A stretch of 64,000 nt of DNA, taken from assembly GCA_024643725.1 (NCBI GenBank), contig JAHEMJ010000011.1, positions 69,477 through 133,476 on the forward strand, read 5' to 3'. Shown piece after piece: positions 1 through 9,561 of the stretch. This DNA is from Crocinitomicaceae bacterium. GTDB lineage: Bacteria > Bacteroidota > Bacteroidia > Flavobacteriales_D > Crocinitomicaceae. Within the stretch, counting starts at the first letter, position 1. Every line of letters starts with the position of its first letter. The notes below the pieces were generated by a model, which worked only from the letters and a program-made list of their open reading frames with translations, did not search any database and had not been told where the DNA came from. The position numbers were made by a program, and so were the translations under genes.

Positions 1-2883
1 GGCTTCTTCTAGTTTCTGTTGTCCTTTTGGCGTTAAGCTCGATTGAATGGCGTTTAATTGAGTTTCTGAGAAAGCGACAACACCATATTTGTCTTGACTC
101 ATCAGTGCTTTTTCTACCAATTGAGCGACCACTTTTGCCTCCATCAAATTTATCCCTTCGCTGTAAATTCCATTCGGAACATGTGTCCATTGTAAGGTGT
201 TTTCCTCCTTCATTTGATCAGGAAAAGTCCGCAAGCGTCCACCATAGAAATGGGCATTTGAAAAAGCAATGAGTCGCTCATCCCTACTTCGGTAATGATG
301 CGTTAACATGACATTGGATAAGTAGTAAGCCGATTGATGAAGCAAATCTACAACGACATCCTCACGTTGCCTGAAATAACTCGATGGACTCATCTGTTGA
401 TGATCGCCAGCAATGAGAACACGTTTGGCGCGCTGCAGGGCCCCGAGAGCGTAACTCATGGGGATTTGTCCCGCTTCGTCAAAAATCACCAAATCAAATT
501 GATCCTTTTCCATTGGGAAAATCGATGCAAGGGAACTCGGATTGGAAAGTTGAATGGGTTTTAGTACATCTACCCAATGTTTGGCTTCACAACTGCGCAA
601 TTCACGAATGGATAAATGATTACGCGTTTTCGCAAACTCTTTGACAAGGATTGATTTTCCTTTGCGCAACGTCGCTCGGAAGGCTTTTTCTTCGTCGTTT
701 AATTTGGACAAAGGCACCGTCAATATGCGCTGATATGCGGCGAATTTGTGCGCTTGATGTTCCACCAAATAGTTCGAAAGTTCCTTCCCTTCTTGTTGGA
801 TACGTTTGAGCTGTTTTTTAAATTGCTGTTTGAAGGTGTTCCATTCAAAATCCAACATGTACGGATGAACGGAAACAAATGTATTCCAGTGTGTTTGATG
901 AATATAGGAATCGATTTCATCCATGGACGCACCTGTTTTAAGTAGCTCAAATGTTTCTGTCGAAAGTCCTTGAAGTCGATTCAAATCAACGCGTAAAGTA
1001 TCCATGGACATTGAAAGTTGCTTCAAAATGGATGCGAGTTGATCTGTTTCTTTCAGTGTAAAGAGCGTTTTTACCGCTTGCAGATAGTCATTTAGAAGTC
1101 GATTCGCCTTTGCCATTTGTGTTCGCTTCTCGCCATCGATTGACTGATACCAAGTCCAATCGTTCATGGAAATAGACTGAAGTAATTGCTCCAACACTGG
1201 TAGTTCTAGTTCCAAGGATGCAATACCCAAATTGTCGAATGATGCGCTTTGTTTTTTTAATTCAGTTTTGAAGGACAATTGTTTTTCCTTGCTGGCGATA
1301 GATGTCAAAGGATTCAATTCTGGTGTGCGCGTCCACGTTTTCCATAATCGGTTCCAACGCAGTTTTGACAACCAACCTTTTTCCTGTGAGGCCGATTTCA
1401 AAACCTCCAATTCCGCAAAACTAGGTTCTTGCTTCCAATGTTGATTTTCCAAATCAAGTAATTCTAAGGATGCATTCAGCGCTTTCCACTTTTTAAGTTT
1501 GCGTTGTAATCCACCTATTTCTTTCCCTAATAAATGCCCATATTTTTCGTAAATAGCCCCTTGAAATTGTTGGCAGACAACAGCCATTTTCAGAGACTTC
1601 TGAATGGAATCCAATGAACTTAAATCGAAGAGATTTGCTACTTCACCTTGGACATTCATGATTGTTTGAACCAGTTTCTGGTGTTCAGTAAAAGATGAAA
1701 GTTCTAGCCATGATTTATGGAAAAAAGGAAGTAAAGCCAAGCTTGAAGCATTCAACTCCTGAAGTATTTTTTTATCCACCTGCCAGCTGGATAACGTAGG
1801 AACGGGCAAGGAATGAAACGTGGATAAAACGGTTTTATTTGGCTGTTTTTTCTGGAATTCTATAAATGGAAGTCCAAGTTCTTTCTCGGCACTTTTCAAG
1901 GCTAAAAATTGTTTTTCGAGCACAGAACTTTGGTCAAATGTCAACCATTTTTTTTCCAGTTGGATTGGCACTTGACTCAATTTTTCCCACGTCATTTTCA
2001 AATCCTCATAAAAGGCATGCGAATGAGCATGAAACGACAAGTGCGAACACAGAAATCCAAGGTTTTGCTCGGATAATTTTTGTTGAATCACTTGAAGCGC
2101 TGATTTTTTTTCTGAAACAACGAGCACCTGTTTATTTTCCATCAAGCAAGCACCAAGGATATTGCTGATGACCTGTGATTTTCCCGTTCCTGGTGGACCT
2201 TGAACAGTCACGGAGTCGTGATTTAACTGATGAATGACAGCCGCTTGATCAGGGTCAAATTCAAATAAATAAGGCGCAGATAGAGACCATTCCATTGGCA
2301 ATAACTCCGTTTGTTCCGCATGTCCTAATATGCGTTTAATGGGACGAGAAAAAGCGTTACAGGATGACAAATCTTCAAACTCTTTTAAGAGTTCGTATCG
2401 TTGCGGGTGGAAATTTCCGAAATAGATATCGTCTTCGTCGTAGGTAAATGGACTCGATTCAAAAATCTGCAGGAGCTCCTGTCGGTTCTCAAAACTCGGT
2501 GGATTTTGATCAAAATTGGCACGAAACCATCTTTCAAAGTATGGATTCATGAAAAAGTCCTGGTCACTTTCTCCTACTTCGATCGCTTTCGTTCTGCGAA
2601 AACTTAAGGGAACATCCCTTAAATAAACAACGGTTGCTACTTTCTTTCCTTGCTTCTCCCAGTGAACAACTCCCGAACTTTGACAGAAGGGTTGCACACC
2701 AATTTCCCGAAAGATTGCTTGCGCATTTTTTAAAATACGTTGCGTTTTAGCAAGCGTCATTTCCTTTACTTCCTCCGTGGACAAAACCTTCACGGCTTGA
2801 ATGTTTACAAGAATATCATCTGACTGAAAATGAGTCAATTCATCCTTGTATTCGGCTAGAAGATCTTTGAAATCAGGCTCCAT
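1..2883 (-). CDS. SF1 (Upf1/DNA2-like) AAA helicase with long N-terminal DUF4011-like region; partial, C-terminus lies left of the window
   Basis: Minus frame is open from ATG at 2883-2881 to position 1 (no stop, hence missing from the ORF track). Own translation: MEPDFKDLLAEYKDE..., Walker A VQGPPGTGKSQV (about 2175-2200), motif II LVIFDEAGQ (about 465-490), THHYRSRDERLIAF (about 280-320). Confidence 0.8.
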   Translation of the reverse strand, partial: MEPDFKDLLAEYKDELTHFQSDDILVNIQAVKVLSTEEVKEMTLAKTQRILKNAQAIFREIGVQPFCQSSGVVHWEKQGKKVATVVYLRDVPLSFRRTKAIEVGESDQDFFMNPYFERWFRANFDQNPPSFENRQELLQIFESSPFTYDEDDIYFGNFHPQRYELLKEFEDLSSCNAFSRPIKRILGHAEQTELLPMEWSLSAPYLFEFDPDQAAVIHQLNHDSVTVQGPPGTGKSQVISNILGACLMENKQVLVVSEKKSALQVIQQKLSEQNLGFLCSHLSFHAHSHAFYEDLKMTWEKLSQVPIQLEKKWLTFDQSSVLEKQFLALKSAEKELGLPFIEFQKKQPNKTVLSTFHSLPVPTLSSWQVDKKILQELNASSLALLPFFHKSWLELSSFTEHQKLVQTIMNVQGEVANLFDLSSLDSIQKSLKMAVVCQQFQGAIYEKYGHLLGKEIGGLQRKLKKWKALNASLELLDLENQHWKQEPSFAELEVLKSASQEKGWLSKLRWNRLWKTWTRTPELNPLTSIASKEKQLSFKTELKKQSASFDNLGIASLELELPVLEQLLQSISMNDWTWYQSIDGEKRTQMAKANRLLNDYLQAVKTLFTLKETDQLASILKQLSMSMDTLRVDLNRLQGLSTETFELLKTGASMDEIDSYIHQTHWNTFVSVHPYMLDFEWNTFKQQFKKQLKRIQQEGKELSNYLVEHQAHKFAAYQRILTVPLSKLNDEEKAFRATLRKGKSILVKEFAKTRNHLSIRELRSCEAKHWVDVLKPIQLSNPSSLASIFPMEKDQFDLVIFDEAGQIPMSYALGALQRAKRVLIAGDHQQMSPSSYFRQREDVVVDLLHQSAYYLSNVMLTHHYRSRDERLIAFSNAHFYGGRLRTFPDQMKEENTLQWTHVPNGIYSEGINLMEAKVVAQLVEKALMSQDKYGVVAFSETQLNAIQSSLTPKGQQKLEEA

Positions 2884-2948
2884 TGCTGTAAAGTTAAGTC
2901 CATTTTTAGAATGATCTACCACTTGTATGAATTGGATGTAAATTTCCT

Positions 2949-2956
2949 TACATTTG
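2949..2956 (+). promoter_or_regulatory. Bacteroidota sigma-A -7 box (TAnnTTTG)
   Basis: TACATTTG, exact match to TAnnTTTG, ends 18 nt before the ATG at 2975. Confidence 0.45.
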
Positions 2957-2974
2957 TTTGACTAAATCTATCCC

Positions 2975-4069
2975 ATGATTAAAAACACCTTTTACTTGTG
3001 CATTTTATTGATTTTCAGCGTAAAATCAACTGCACAAATTTCCTTAGCTGTTGGTGATTTTGCCAATGCAGGCGACACGGTTCGACTGAGTCAAATGCAA
3101 GCTTCTAACTTGGATTTCATTTCCACTGGACCAAATTACACATGGGATTTTAGCAGTTTGACTGCATCCACTCAAAGTTTGAAAGAATATACACCAATCG
3201 GCTTTGGATCTTTTTTGATTTTAGCGACTTATGGTCCCTTTGCAGGTTCTTATGCGGCGACGTATTTTAACTTAACAACGGAATTACCCATTGACCAATT
3301 GTCCGCTTTTTTACCCATTCAAATCAGTGATTTAAGTCAATATACGAAACGTGCGAATGGTGGAATTACATCCATCGGTTACTCGATTAATGTCCAAGGA
3401 CAAGGGCTTCCATTCAAATCCGACACGATTGAAACGCGTTATAGTTTGCCAATGTCATTTGGAGACACGCATCAATCCAGGGGATATACATATGTCGATT
3501 TGAATCCAGCTGCGGACATAAAATACGTACAACACCGTCAGCGAAACACAACGGTCGATGGTTGGGGAACAGTGACGACTCCACTTGGTACTTTTCCGGC
3601 ACTGCGCTTGCGACACGACATCAATGAAATCGATTCGATTTACCAAACTTTTTTCGGGACAGGAAGTTGGATTGGTACGCCACCCATAGATCGAACAGAA
3701 TACGAGTGGTGGACTAATGGTAAAAAAGAATATTTATTGAAAGTCGTTGCAAGTAATTTTAATGGGAATCAAAACATAAGTTCCATTGAATACCAAGATC
3801 AATACCTTGGACTAGATGCAGGATTAACTGAATTAACGAATGAATTGGTATTATATCCAAATCCAGTGGAGGACATGTGTTTCTTTGAGTCAAACCTCGC
3901 TGTGAATGAGGTCATTTTCTATAATCAAATGGGAGCTAAAATTTCCTCCAGTTCATTTAATGGTGTTCAAAACGCATGGATCGACATGCATGATTTGAGT
4001 CCAGGAGTCTACACATGCCAATTACATACCAATAAAGGAGTAATCGTTCGGAAACTGACGAAACTTTAA
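2975..4069 (+). CDS. Secreted protein of unknown function with T9SS type A C-terminal sorting domain
   Basis: Signal peptide MIKNTFYLCILLIFSVKSTAQ. C-terminal LVLYPNPVEDMCFFES...GVYTCQLHTNKGVIVRKLTKL fits the Por secretion-tail (type A CTD) pattern. I recognise no motif in the body. Confidence 0.75.
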   Translation: MIKNTFYLCILLIFSVKSTAQISLAVGDFANAGDTVRLSQMQASNLDFISTGPNYTWDFSSLTASTQSLKEYTPIGFGSFLILATYGPFAGSYAATYFNLTTELPIDQLSAFLPIQISDLSQYTKRANGGITSIGYSINVQGQGLPFKSDTIETRYSLPMSFGDTHQSRGYTYVDLNPAADIKYVQHRQRNTTVDGWGTVTTPLGTFPALRLRHDINEIDSIYQTFFGTGSWIGTPPIDRTEYEWWTNGKKEYLLKVVASNFNGNQNISSIEYQDQYLGLDAGLTELTNELVLYPNPVEDMCFFESNLAVNEVIFYNQMGAKISSSSFNGVQNAWIDMHDLSPGVYTCQLHTNKGVIVRKLTKL

Positions 4070-4081
4070 TACCTTTGGACA

Positions 4082-4464
4082 GGCAAATCAGTCTATCGCT
4101 TTTTTAAAGAGGAAAGTCCGGGCAGTACAGAGCGTCGTACTTCCTAACGGGAAGGTCTCGAGAAAGGAATTTTTCGGGAACAGAAAGTGCCGCAGAAAGG
4201 AAAACTACCTGAGCGCTTGCGCAAGGGAAAAGGTGAAAAGGTGAGGTAAGAGCTCACCGCTTTGACAGCGATGTGAAAGGCAAGGTAAACCTTACGAACT
4301 GAAAGACCAAATATACCGAGGTTTGCAGCAATGCAATAAGGGCTGCTCGTCCGATCTCGGAGGGTAGGTTGATGGATTCCAAGCGCGAGTTTGGAACAAG
4401 ATAAATGATAGATAACTGCGTTGATTCTTCAACAAAGGAAACAGAACCCGGCTTATGATTTGCC
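4082..4464 (+). ncRNA. rnpB: RNase P RNA, bacterial type A
   Basis: GAGGAAAGTCCGGGC (4109-4123), GGTGAGGTAAGAGCTCACC, AGATAAATGATAG and ACAGAACCCGGCTTA (4441-4455) are the conserved RNase P blocks. P1 helix GGCAAATCA (4082-4090) pairs with TGATTTGCC (4456-4464). A T-tract follows. Confidence 0.9.
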
Positions 4465-4477
4465 TTTTTTCTTTTTT

Positions 4478-5152
4478 ATGACTGCATATATTGACGATTT
4501 AAGCAAGCGTCTAGAGCTTGTGAGAGATTCTTCCCGCGTCACAGCAATGGAGAATTACATGAAAAATAAATTCCCTTTTCTGGGCATCATGAGTGGACCA
4601 AGAAAAGAGGTGATGCGTGCATGGAAGGCAACCTTGCCAACAACACTTACGCGAAATGAAATTTGGGATATCATCCGAGAACTTTGGCAAAAAGAGGAAC
4701 GCGAATATCATCAATTGGCTTTGGATTGGATGTTGACATGGAACATTAAATCCTTTGAAAAGTCAGACATTGAGCACATTTACTTTATTCTAAATAACCA
4801 AAGTTGGTGGGATACCGTAGATGGAATTGCCGTGCATCTCGTTGGGAAATATGCGAAAAAGTTTCCGGAAGAAATGCCGAGAATCATTTCGGAATGGCTG
4901 GCGCATCCATCCTTTTGGCTAAATCGAACATGCTTAATCTATCAATTGAAATTTAAAGAAAAAACAGACCTGGGCTTGCAGCAAGGATACATTCATGCAT
5001 TAAAATGGAACAAGGAATTTTTTATTCAAAAAGCAATTGGTTGGAGCCTGCGTGAAGTATCTAAATGGCATCCGGAATGGGTCCGACAGGTAGTCCAACA
5101 AGAGGAATTAAAAGGACTCGCTTACCGAGAGGCCATGAAATATGTTCCCTGA
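4478..5152 (+). CDS. DNA alkylation repair protein (AlkC/AlkD-like HEAT-repeat family)
   Basis: MENYMKNKFPFLGIMSGPRKEVM, WWDTVDGIA and FFIQKAIGWSLREVSKWHPEWV resemble the DNA alkylation repair enzyme family. Start moved from 4421 to ATG 4478 because 4421-4464 is the 3' end of rnpB. Confidence 0.7.
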   Translation: MTAYIDDLSKRLELVRDSSRVTAMENYMKNKFPFLGIMSGPRKEVMRAWKATLPTTLTRNEIWDIIRELWQKEEREYHQLALDWMLTWNIKSFEKSDIEHIYFILNNQSWWDTVDGIAVHLVGKYAKKFPEEMPRIISEWLAHPSFWLNRTCLIYQLKFKEKTDLGLQQGYIHALKWNKEFFIQKAIGWSLREVSKWHPEWVRQVVQQEELKGLAYREAMKYVP

Positions 5153-5186
5153 ATTTCTCACGACTTTTTTGTAATTTCACCATCCT

Positions 5187-8100
5187 ATGAAAAAAAGCAT
5201 ACTCATCGCCTTCTTTTTAACCCTGCAACTTTTTCCCACACTCGCACAGTTTGGACCAGAAAATGGTGTTAAAAAATCTGAACCGAAAGCAATCCTCATT
5301 CAAAATGCACGTATTTACGTTTCTCCTACTCAAGTATTGGAGAAAGCAGATATGTTAGTTGTAGATGGAAGGGTGAAGGAAATCGGTTCCAACCTAAAAG
5401 ACCAACAAGCCGTTGTCGTGGATTATTCCGGTAAAACTATTCTTCCATCTTTTGTGGAATTGTATTCCAATATAGGACAGCCAAAGACGACCTTCCATGA
5501 AGGAGGATTTCGTTCACAAACCAAAGCAGAAAAGGATGGGGCTTACTATTGGAACGAGACCATTCACCCTGAATTTAACGCTGCTCGTTCATTTGCGATT
5601 GATGCAAAAGCGAATGAGACAATGATTCAACAAGGATTCGGTTTTGCGGTCAGTCATTTAATGGATGGCATGGTGCGTGGAACAGGCGCTCTCGTTTCAC
5701 TCGGAAACGACCAAGTGAACAAACAATTAATCAAAGGTGCAGCGGGACAATTCTTATCCTTTTCGAAAGGTTCATCTTCTGAAGGTTATCCTTCCTCACA
5801 AATGGGTTCCATTGCTTTAATGCGACAAGCATTGTTTGATTTATCCTATTATTCATCTACTCCTCAATCAGAATTTTCAATTTCTCTTGATGCGTGGTCA
5901 AGGGAATTGAACGTGCCAATGTTCTTTAAAACGGAGGATAAATGGGAGATTTTGCGAGCTGAAAAAATTGCCAAGGAACACAACCTGAATTTTATTTATA
6001 TCGGTTCAGGAAACGAATATGCAGCCTTGGATGAGTTGAAAAAAATCCAACGAACCATTGTGATTCCCATTCAATTTCCAGAGCCTTTCGAATTGCGTGA
6101 TCCCTACATCGCTCGTCAAATTCCTCTGAGCGATTTGAAACATTGGGAATTAGCACCTTCTAACCCAATGTATTTATATCAAAATGGCATACCTTTTTGT
6201 ATAACAACACATGGATTAAAATCCGCAGAACAGTTTTGGAAAAATCTGAGGTTGACGATTTCTAGAGGACTTCCGGTAGAAGCTGCCCTAGCGGCATTGA
6301 CGGTGAATCCAGCCAAAGAATTGAGCATGCAAAAGGATTTAGGAACTTTGGAGTCTGGAAAATACGCGAATTTCTCAGTCTATTCTTCCGATCCATTCAC
6401 GACCGAAGCACAATTGATTGATGCATGGATTCTAGGAGAAAAAACGCAAGTAAAAGCAATTGCTGGACCTAGTATTATTGGAAAATACAGTGTGCTAATT
6501 GCTGGTGAAAAATACGATTTAGACATCGAAGGAACCAATGAGCGTCCAAGTGGAAAAATCAAATTAGCTGGAAAAGTGAATGCCTCCTCCATGGATACCA
6601 CCACCAAAAAAGCTGCGGTACAATTGATCGAGAATGACATTACCATTCAATTTTCTTCCTTTGAAAAGTCAAAACCGGGCATCATCCAACTTCATGGAAA
6701 AACAAGTCGAAATGCAGCCATTTTTGAGGGGGATGGAACGAATTCAGTAGGAAATTGGATTGCTTGGTCTGGAATCCGAACAGATAAAGCATCAGATCTG
6801 GCGAAAGCAACGGAAATTAAGAAAGATACAGCGTTCATTGGAGCACCTTGGTTGCCAAACTTGGCATTTGGAATGGAAGCTACTCCGAAAGCTCAAACGA
6901 TTGTCGTGAAAAATGCCACCGTTTGGACAAATGAAACAGATGGTATTCTCAAAAATGCCTCCGTCCTGATCGAAAATGGAAAGATTGTGAACGTAGCGAA
7001 AAACAACGCTATTTCCATTCCTAGTTCGGCCATTGTCATTGACGGAAAAGGCATGCATTTGACCGCTGGGATTATTGATGAACATTCACATATCGCGATT
7101 TCGAAAGGAGTCAATGAAGCCGGACAAGCCGTGACTGCTGAGGTGAGTATTGCTGATGTGGTGAATCCCGATGACATTAACATTTACCGCCAATTAGCTG
7201 GTGGTGTAACAGCTGCTCAATTATTGCATGGATCCGCGAATCCAATCGGTGGTTGTTCAGGATTGATTAAATTAAAATGGGGCTCTTCGCCGGAAGAAAT
7301 GCTTATTCCAAATGCACCGAAATTCATCAAATGTGCATTGGGTGAGAACGTGAAACAATCCAATTGGGGGGATTACAACACTTCTCGCTTTCCGCAAACA
7401 AGAATGGGTGTCGAACAAGTATTTTATGACGCGTTTTACCGCGCTCGTCCCTACAAAGCCGAGTGGGAAGCTTACAACAATCATCAAACTGTTGTTCCGC
7501 CAAGACGAGACTTGGAACTCGATGTCCTAGTAGAAATCATGGATAGCCAGCGTTTCGTGACTTGTCACTCTTACGTGCAATCGGAAATAAATATGTTGAT
7601 GCATGTCGCAGATTCGATGGGCTTTCACATTAATACCTTTACGCATATTTTGGAGGGATATAAAGTGGCGGATAAAATGAAAAAACATGGTGTAGGTGGT
7701 TCGACTTTCTCCGATTGGTGGGCGTACAAATTTGAAGTGAATGACGCCATTCCTTACAATGCAAAATTAATGGCAGATCAAGGTGTAATTGTGAGTATCA
7801 ACTCCGATGATGCTGAAATGGGCCGACGCTTGAATCAAGAGGCGGCGAAAAGTGTAAAATATGGCGGAATGAGCGAAGAGGATGCTTTGAAAATGGTCAC
7901 TTTGAATCCTGCGAAATTATTGCACCTAGATGACCGTATGGGAAGCATCAAAGTTGGGAAAGATGCAGACATCGTCCTTTGGTCGGATAATCCATTGAGT
8001 ATTAAAGCAAAGGTGCAATTCACCATTGTAGATGGAGTTATTTTGTATGATGCGTCGAAAAATGAAGCCCGAAACGCCCGAAACGAGGCGGAGCGTGCAC

Positions 8101-8231
8101 GTATTATCGCAAAAATGTTAAACGCGAACGAAAACGGAGAGAAGACAACGCCATTTGTGAAAAAGCCAAGAAGACACTATCACTGTGATACCTTGGGAGA
8201 AGAAGGCGAAACAGGCGAAAACACACATTAA
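5187..8231 (+). CDS. Secreted two-domain amidohydrolase family protein
   Basis: Signal peptide MKKSILIAFFLTLQLFPTLAQ. The C-terminal half has TAGIIDEHSHIAIS (HxH metal motif) and VSINSDDAE. The N-terminal half is amidohydrolase-like but has ELYSNIG in place of HxH. Confidence 0.8.
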   Translation: MKKSILIAFFLTLQLFPTLAQFGPENGVKKSEPKAILIQNARIYVSPTQVLEKADMLVVDGRVKEIGSNLKDQQAVVVDYSGKTILPSFVELYSNIGQPKTTFHEGGFRSQTKAEKDGAYYWNETIHPEFNAARSFAIDAKANETMIQQGFGFAVSHLMDGMVRGTGALVSLGNDQVNKQLIKGAAGQFLSFSKGSSSEGYPSSQMGSIALMRQALFDLSYYSSTPQSEFSISLDAWSRELNVPMFFKTEDKWEILRAEKIAKEHNLNFIYIGSGNEYAALDELKKIQRTIVIPIQFPEPFELRDPYIARQIPLSDLKHWELAPSNPMYLYQNGIPFCITTHGLKSAEQFWKNLRLTISRGLPVEAALAALTVNPAKELSMQKDLGTLESGKYANFSVYSSDPFTTEAQLIDAWILGEKTQVKAIAGPSIIGKYSVLIAGEKYDLDIEGTNERPSGKIKLAGKVNASSMDTTTKKAAVQLIENDITIQFSSFEKSKPGIIQLHGKTSRNAAIFEGDGTNSVGNWIAWSGIRTDKASDLAKATEIKKDTAFIGAPWLPNLAFGMEATPKAQTIVVKNATVWTNETDGILKNASVLIENGKIVNVAKNNAISIPSSAIVIDGKGMHLTAGIIDEHSHIAISKGVNEAGQAVTAEVSIADVVNPDDINIYRQLAGGVTAAQLLHGSANPIGGCSGLIKLKWGSSPEEMLIPNAPKFIKCALGENVKQSNWGDYNTSRFPQTRMGVEQVFYDAFYRARPYKAEWEAYNNHQTVVPPRRDLELDVLVEIMDSQRFVTCHSYVQSEINMLMHVADSMGFHINTFTHILEGYKVADKMKKHGVGGSTFSDWWAYKFEVNDAIPYNAKLMADQGVIVSINSDDAEMGRRLNQEAAKSVKYGGMSEEDALKMVTLNPAKLLHLDDRMGSIKVGKDADIVLWSDNPLSIKAKVQFTIVDGVILYDASKNEARNARNEAERARIIAKMLNANENGEKTTPFVKKPRRHYHCDTLGEEGETGENTH

Positions 8232-8233
8232 TT

Positions 8234-9508
8234 ATGAAGAACTTTTACATACTCTTATCTTTATTTGCGTGGATTCCGATGGTCCAAGCACAGCGAATTT
8301 TGGTCATCAATGGAACGGCACACATTGGAAACGGAGAGGTCGTTGAAACGGCAGCAATAGGAATGGCCGATGGAAAAATCTTGTTCGTGAAAAACGCACT
8401 GACAAATGCCATCCAACGAAAAGAATGGGACACCATTATTGATGCGGAAAACCAACATGTTTATCCAGGATTAGTAGCGGCAAATTCCACCTTGGGACTA
8501 ACAGAAATTGATGCGGTTCGAGCAACCCGTGATTTCAACGACGTCGGCGAATTAAATCCACATGTGAGAACCCAAGTCGCATTTAACGTGGAATCAAAAG
8601 TCATCGAAACGGTTCGAACAAACGGTGTCATGTTAACGCAAGCTACTCCGCGCGGAGGAATAATTTCAGGTTCATCGGCTGTGATGTTTTTAGCCGGATG
8701 GAACTGGGAAGATGCAACCGTTTTAGCAGATGATGGAATTCATGTCAACTGGCCAGCAAGTACACAAGGTGGTGGTTGGTGGGCAGAACCTGCGCCAAAA
8801 TCAAGGAATACGAATTATCAGAAGGAAAAAGAAGAAATCATGGATTTCTTTACCCTTGCAGAGGTCTATGCGAAAGGAGCGAAAAGCGTCGAAGACCTTC
8901 GTTTGGAAGCAATGAAAGCATGCTTTGATGGAACAAAACGCGTTTATTTTCATGCAGATGGTATGCAACAGATTTTGGATATTATTGAGTTCGTAGAAAA
9001 ATTCCATTTGAAATACCCAGTAATTATTGGTGGATATGAAGCACATATGGTCGGACAACGTTTAAAAGATGCGAAAATACCAGTGATGTTGAATCGCGTA
9101 CACATGCTCCCTGAGCGAGAAGAAGACGATGTAAATTTACCTTACGCGATGCCTGCATTGCTTCAAAAACAAGGCATCTTATTCTGCTTGCAAAATGCAG
9201 GAGATATGGAAGCAATGAATGCTCGAAATTTACCTTTCCAAGCTGGTACAGCCATGGCATATGGATTAAGCGAGGAAGAAGCGCTACAGTCTATCTCCTT
9301 GAATGCTTGTAAGATCCTCGGAATTGACAAAGAATATGGCTCCATTGAACCAGGGAAATCGGCTACTTTGTTCATTTCGAAAGGACCCGCACTTGATATG
9401 AAAACAAACCAAGTGAGCACCTTGATTTTTCATGGACAATTAGTGACTTCCGAAAATTTCCAATTCAAATTGTATCAGAAGTACAAGAAAAAATACCAAG
9501 GAAAATAA
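8234..9508 (+). CDS. Secreted amidohydrolase family paralog (HxH motif replaced)
   Basis: Signal peptide MKNFYILLSLFAWIPMVQAQ. Amidohydrolase-like layout (VINGTAHIGNGE..., VYPGLVAANSTLGLTEID, GSIEPGKSATLFI). Starts 2 nt after the preceding stop. Confidence 0.7.
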   Translation: MKNFYILLSLFAWIPMVQAQRILVINGTAHIGNGEVVETAAIGMADGKILFVKNALTNAIQRKEWDTIIDAENQHVYPGLVAANSTLGLTEIDAVRATRDFNDVGELNPHVRTQVAFNVESKVIETVRTNGVMLTQATPRGGIISGSSAVMFLAGWNWEDATVLADDGIHVNWPASTQGGGWWAEPAPKSRNTNYQKEKEEIMDFFTLAEVYAKGAKSVEDLRLEAMKACFDGTKRVYFHADGMQQILDIIEFVEKFHLKYPVIIGGYEAHMVGQRLKDAKIPVMLNRVHMLPEREEDDVNLPYAMPALLQKQGILFCLQNAGDMEAMNARNLPFQAGTAMAYGLSEEEALQSISLNACKILGIDKEYGSIEPGKSATLFISKGPALDMKTNQVSTLIFHGQLVTSENFQFKLYQKYKKKYQGK

Positions 9509-9518
9509 TCTCAAAAGT

Positions 9519-9547
9519 ACGTGTAACTTATCTGGAGTGAACGCGTC
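9519..9547 (+). promoter_or_regulatory. ECF-type promoter (GTAAC-N16-CGTC), probable autoregulatory promoter of the sigma gene
   Basis: ACGTGTAAC-N13-ACGCGTC. -35 GTAAC at 9523-9527, -10 CGTC at 9544-9547, 16-nt spacer, ends 14 nt before ATG 9562. The identical 16 fixed nt occur again at 11085-11113. Confidence 0.55.
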
Positions 9548-9561
9548 TTAACTTCGGTGTT

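Noticed and set aside
3598-3611. Sigma-54-like element GGCAC-N5-TTGC
   Set aside because: It lies in the middle of a coding sequence with no downstream gene start. Nine fixed nucleotides are expected about once by chance in a window this size. A second partial match near 13512 (TGGCAC-N5-TTTG) is also intragenic.
4421-4477. N-terminal extension of the alkylation-repair ORF as given in the ORF track (start 4421)
   Set aside because: It overlaps the conserved 3' blocks and P1 helix of RNase P RNA. The translated extension (MILQQRKQNPAYDLPFFFF) looks non-protein-like. An ATG at 4478 follows the T-tract.
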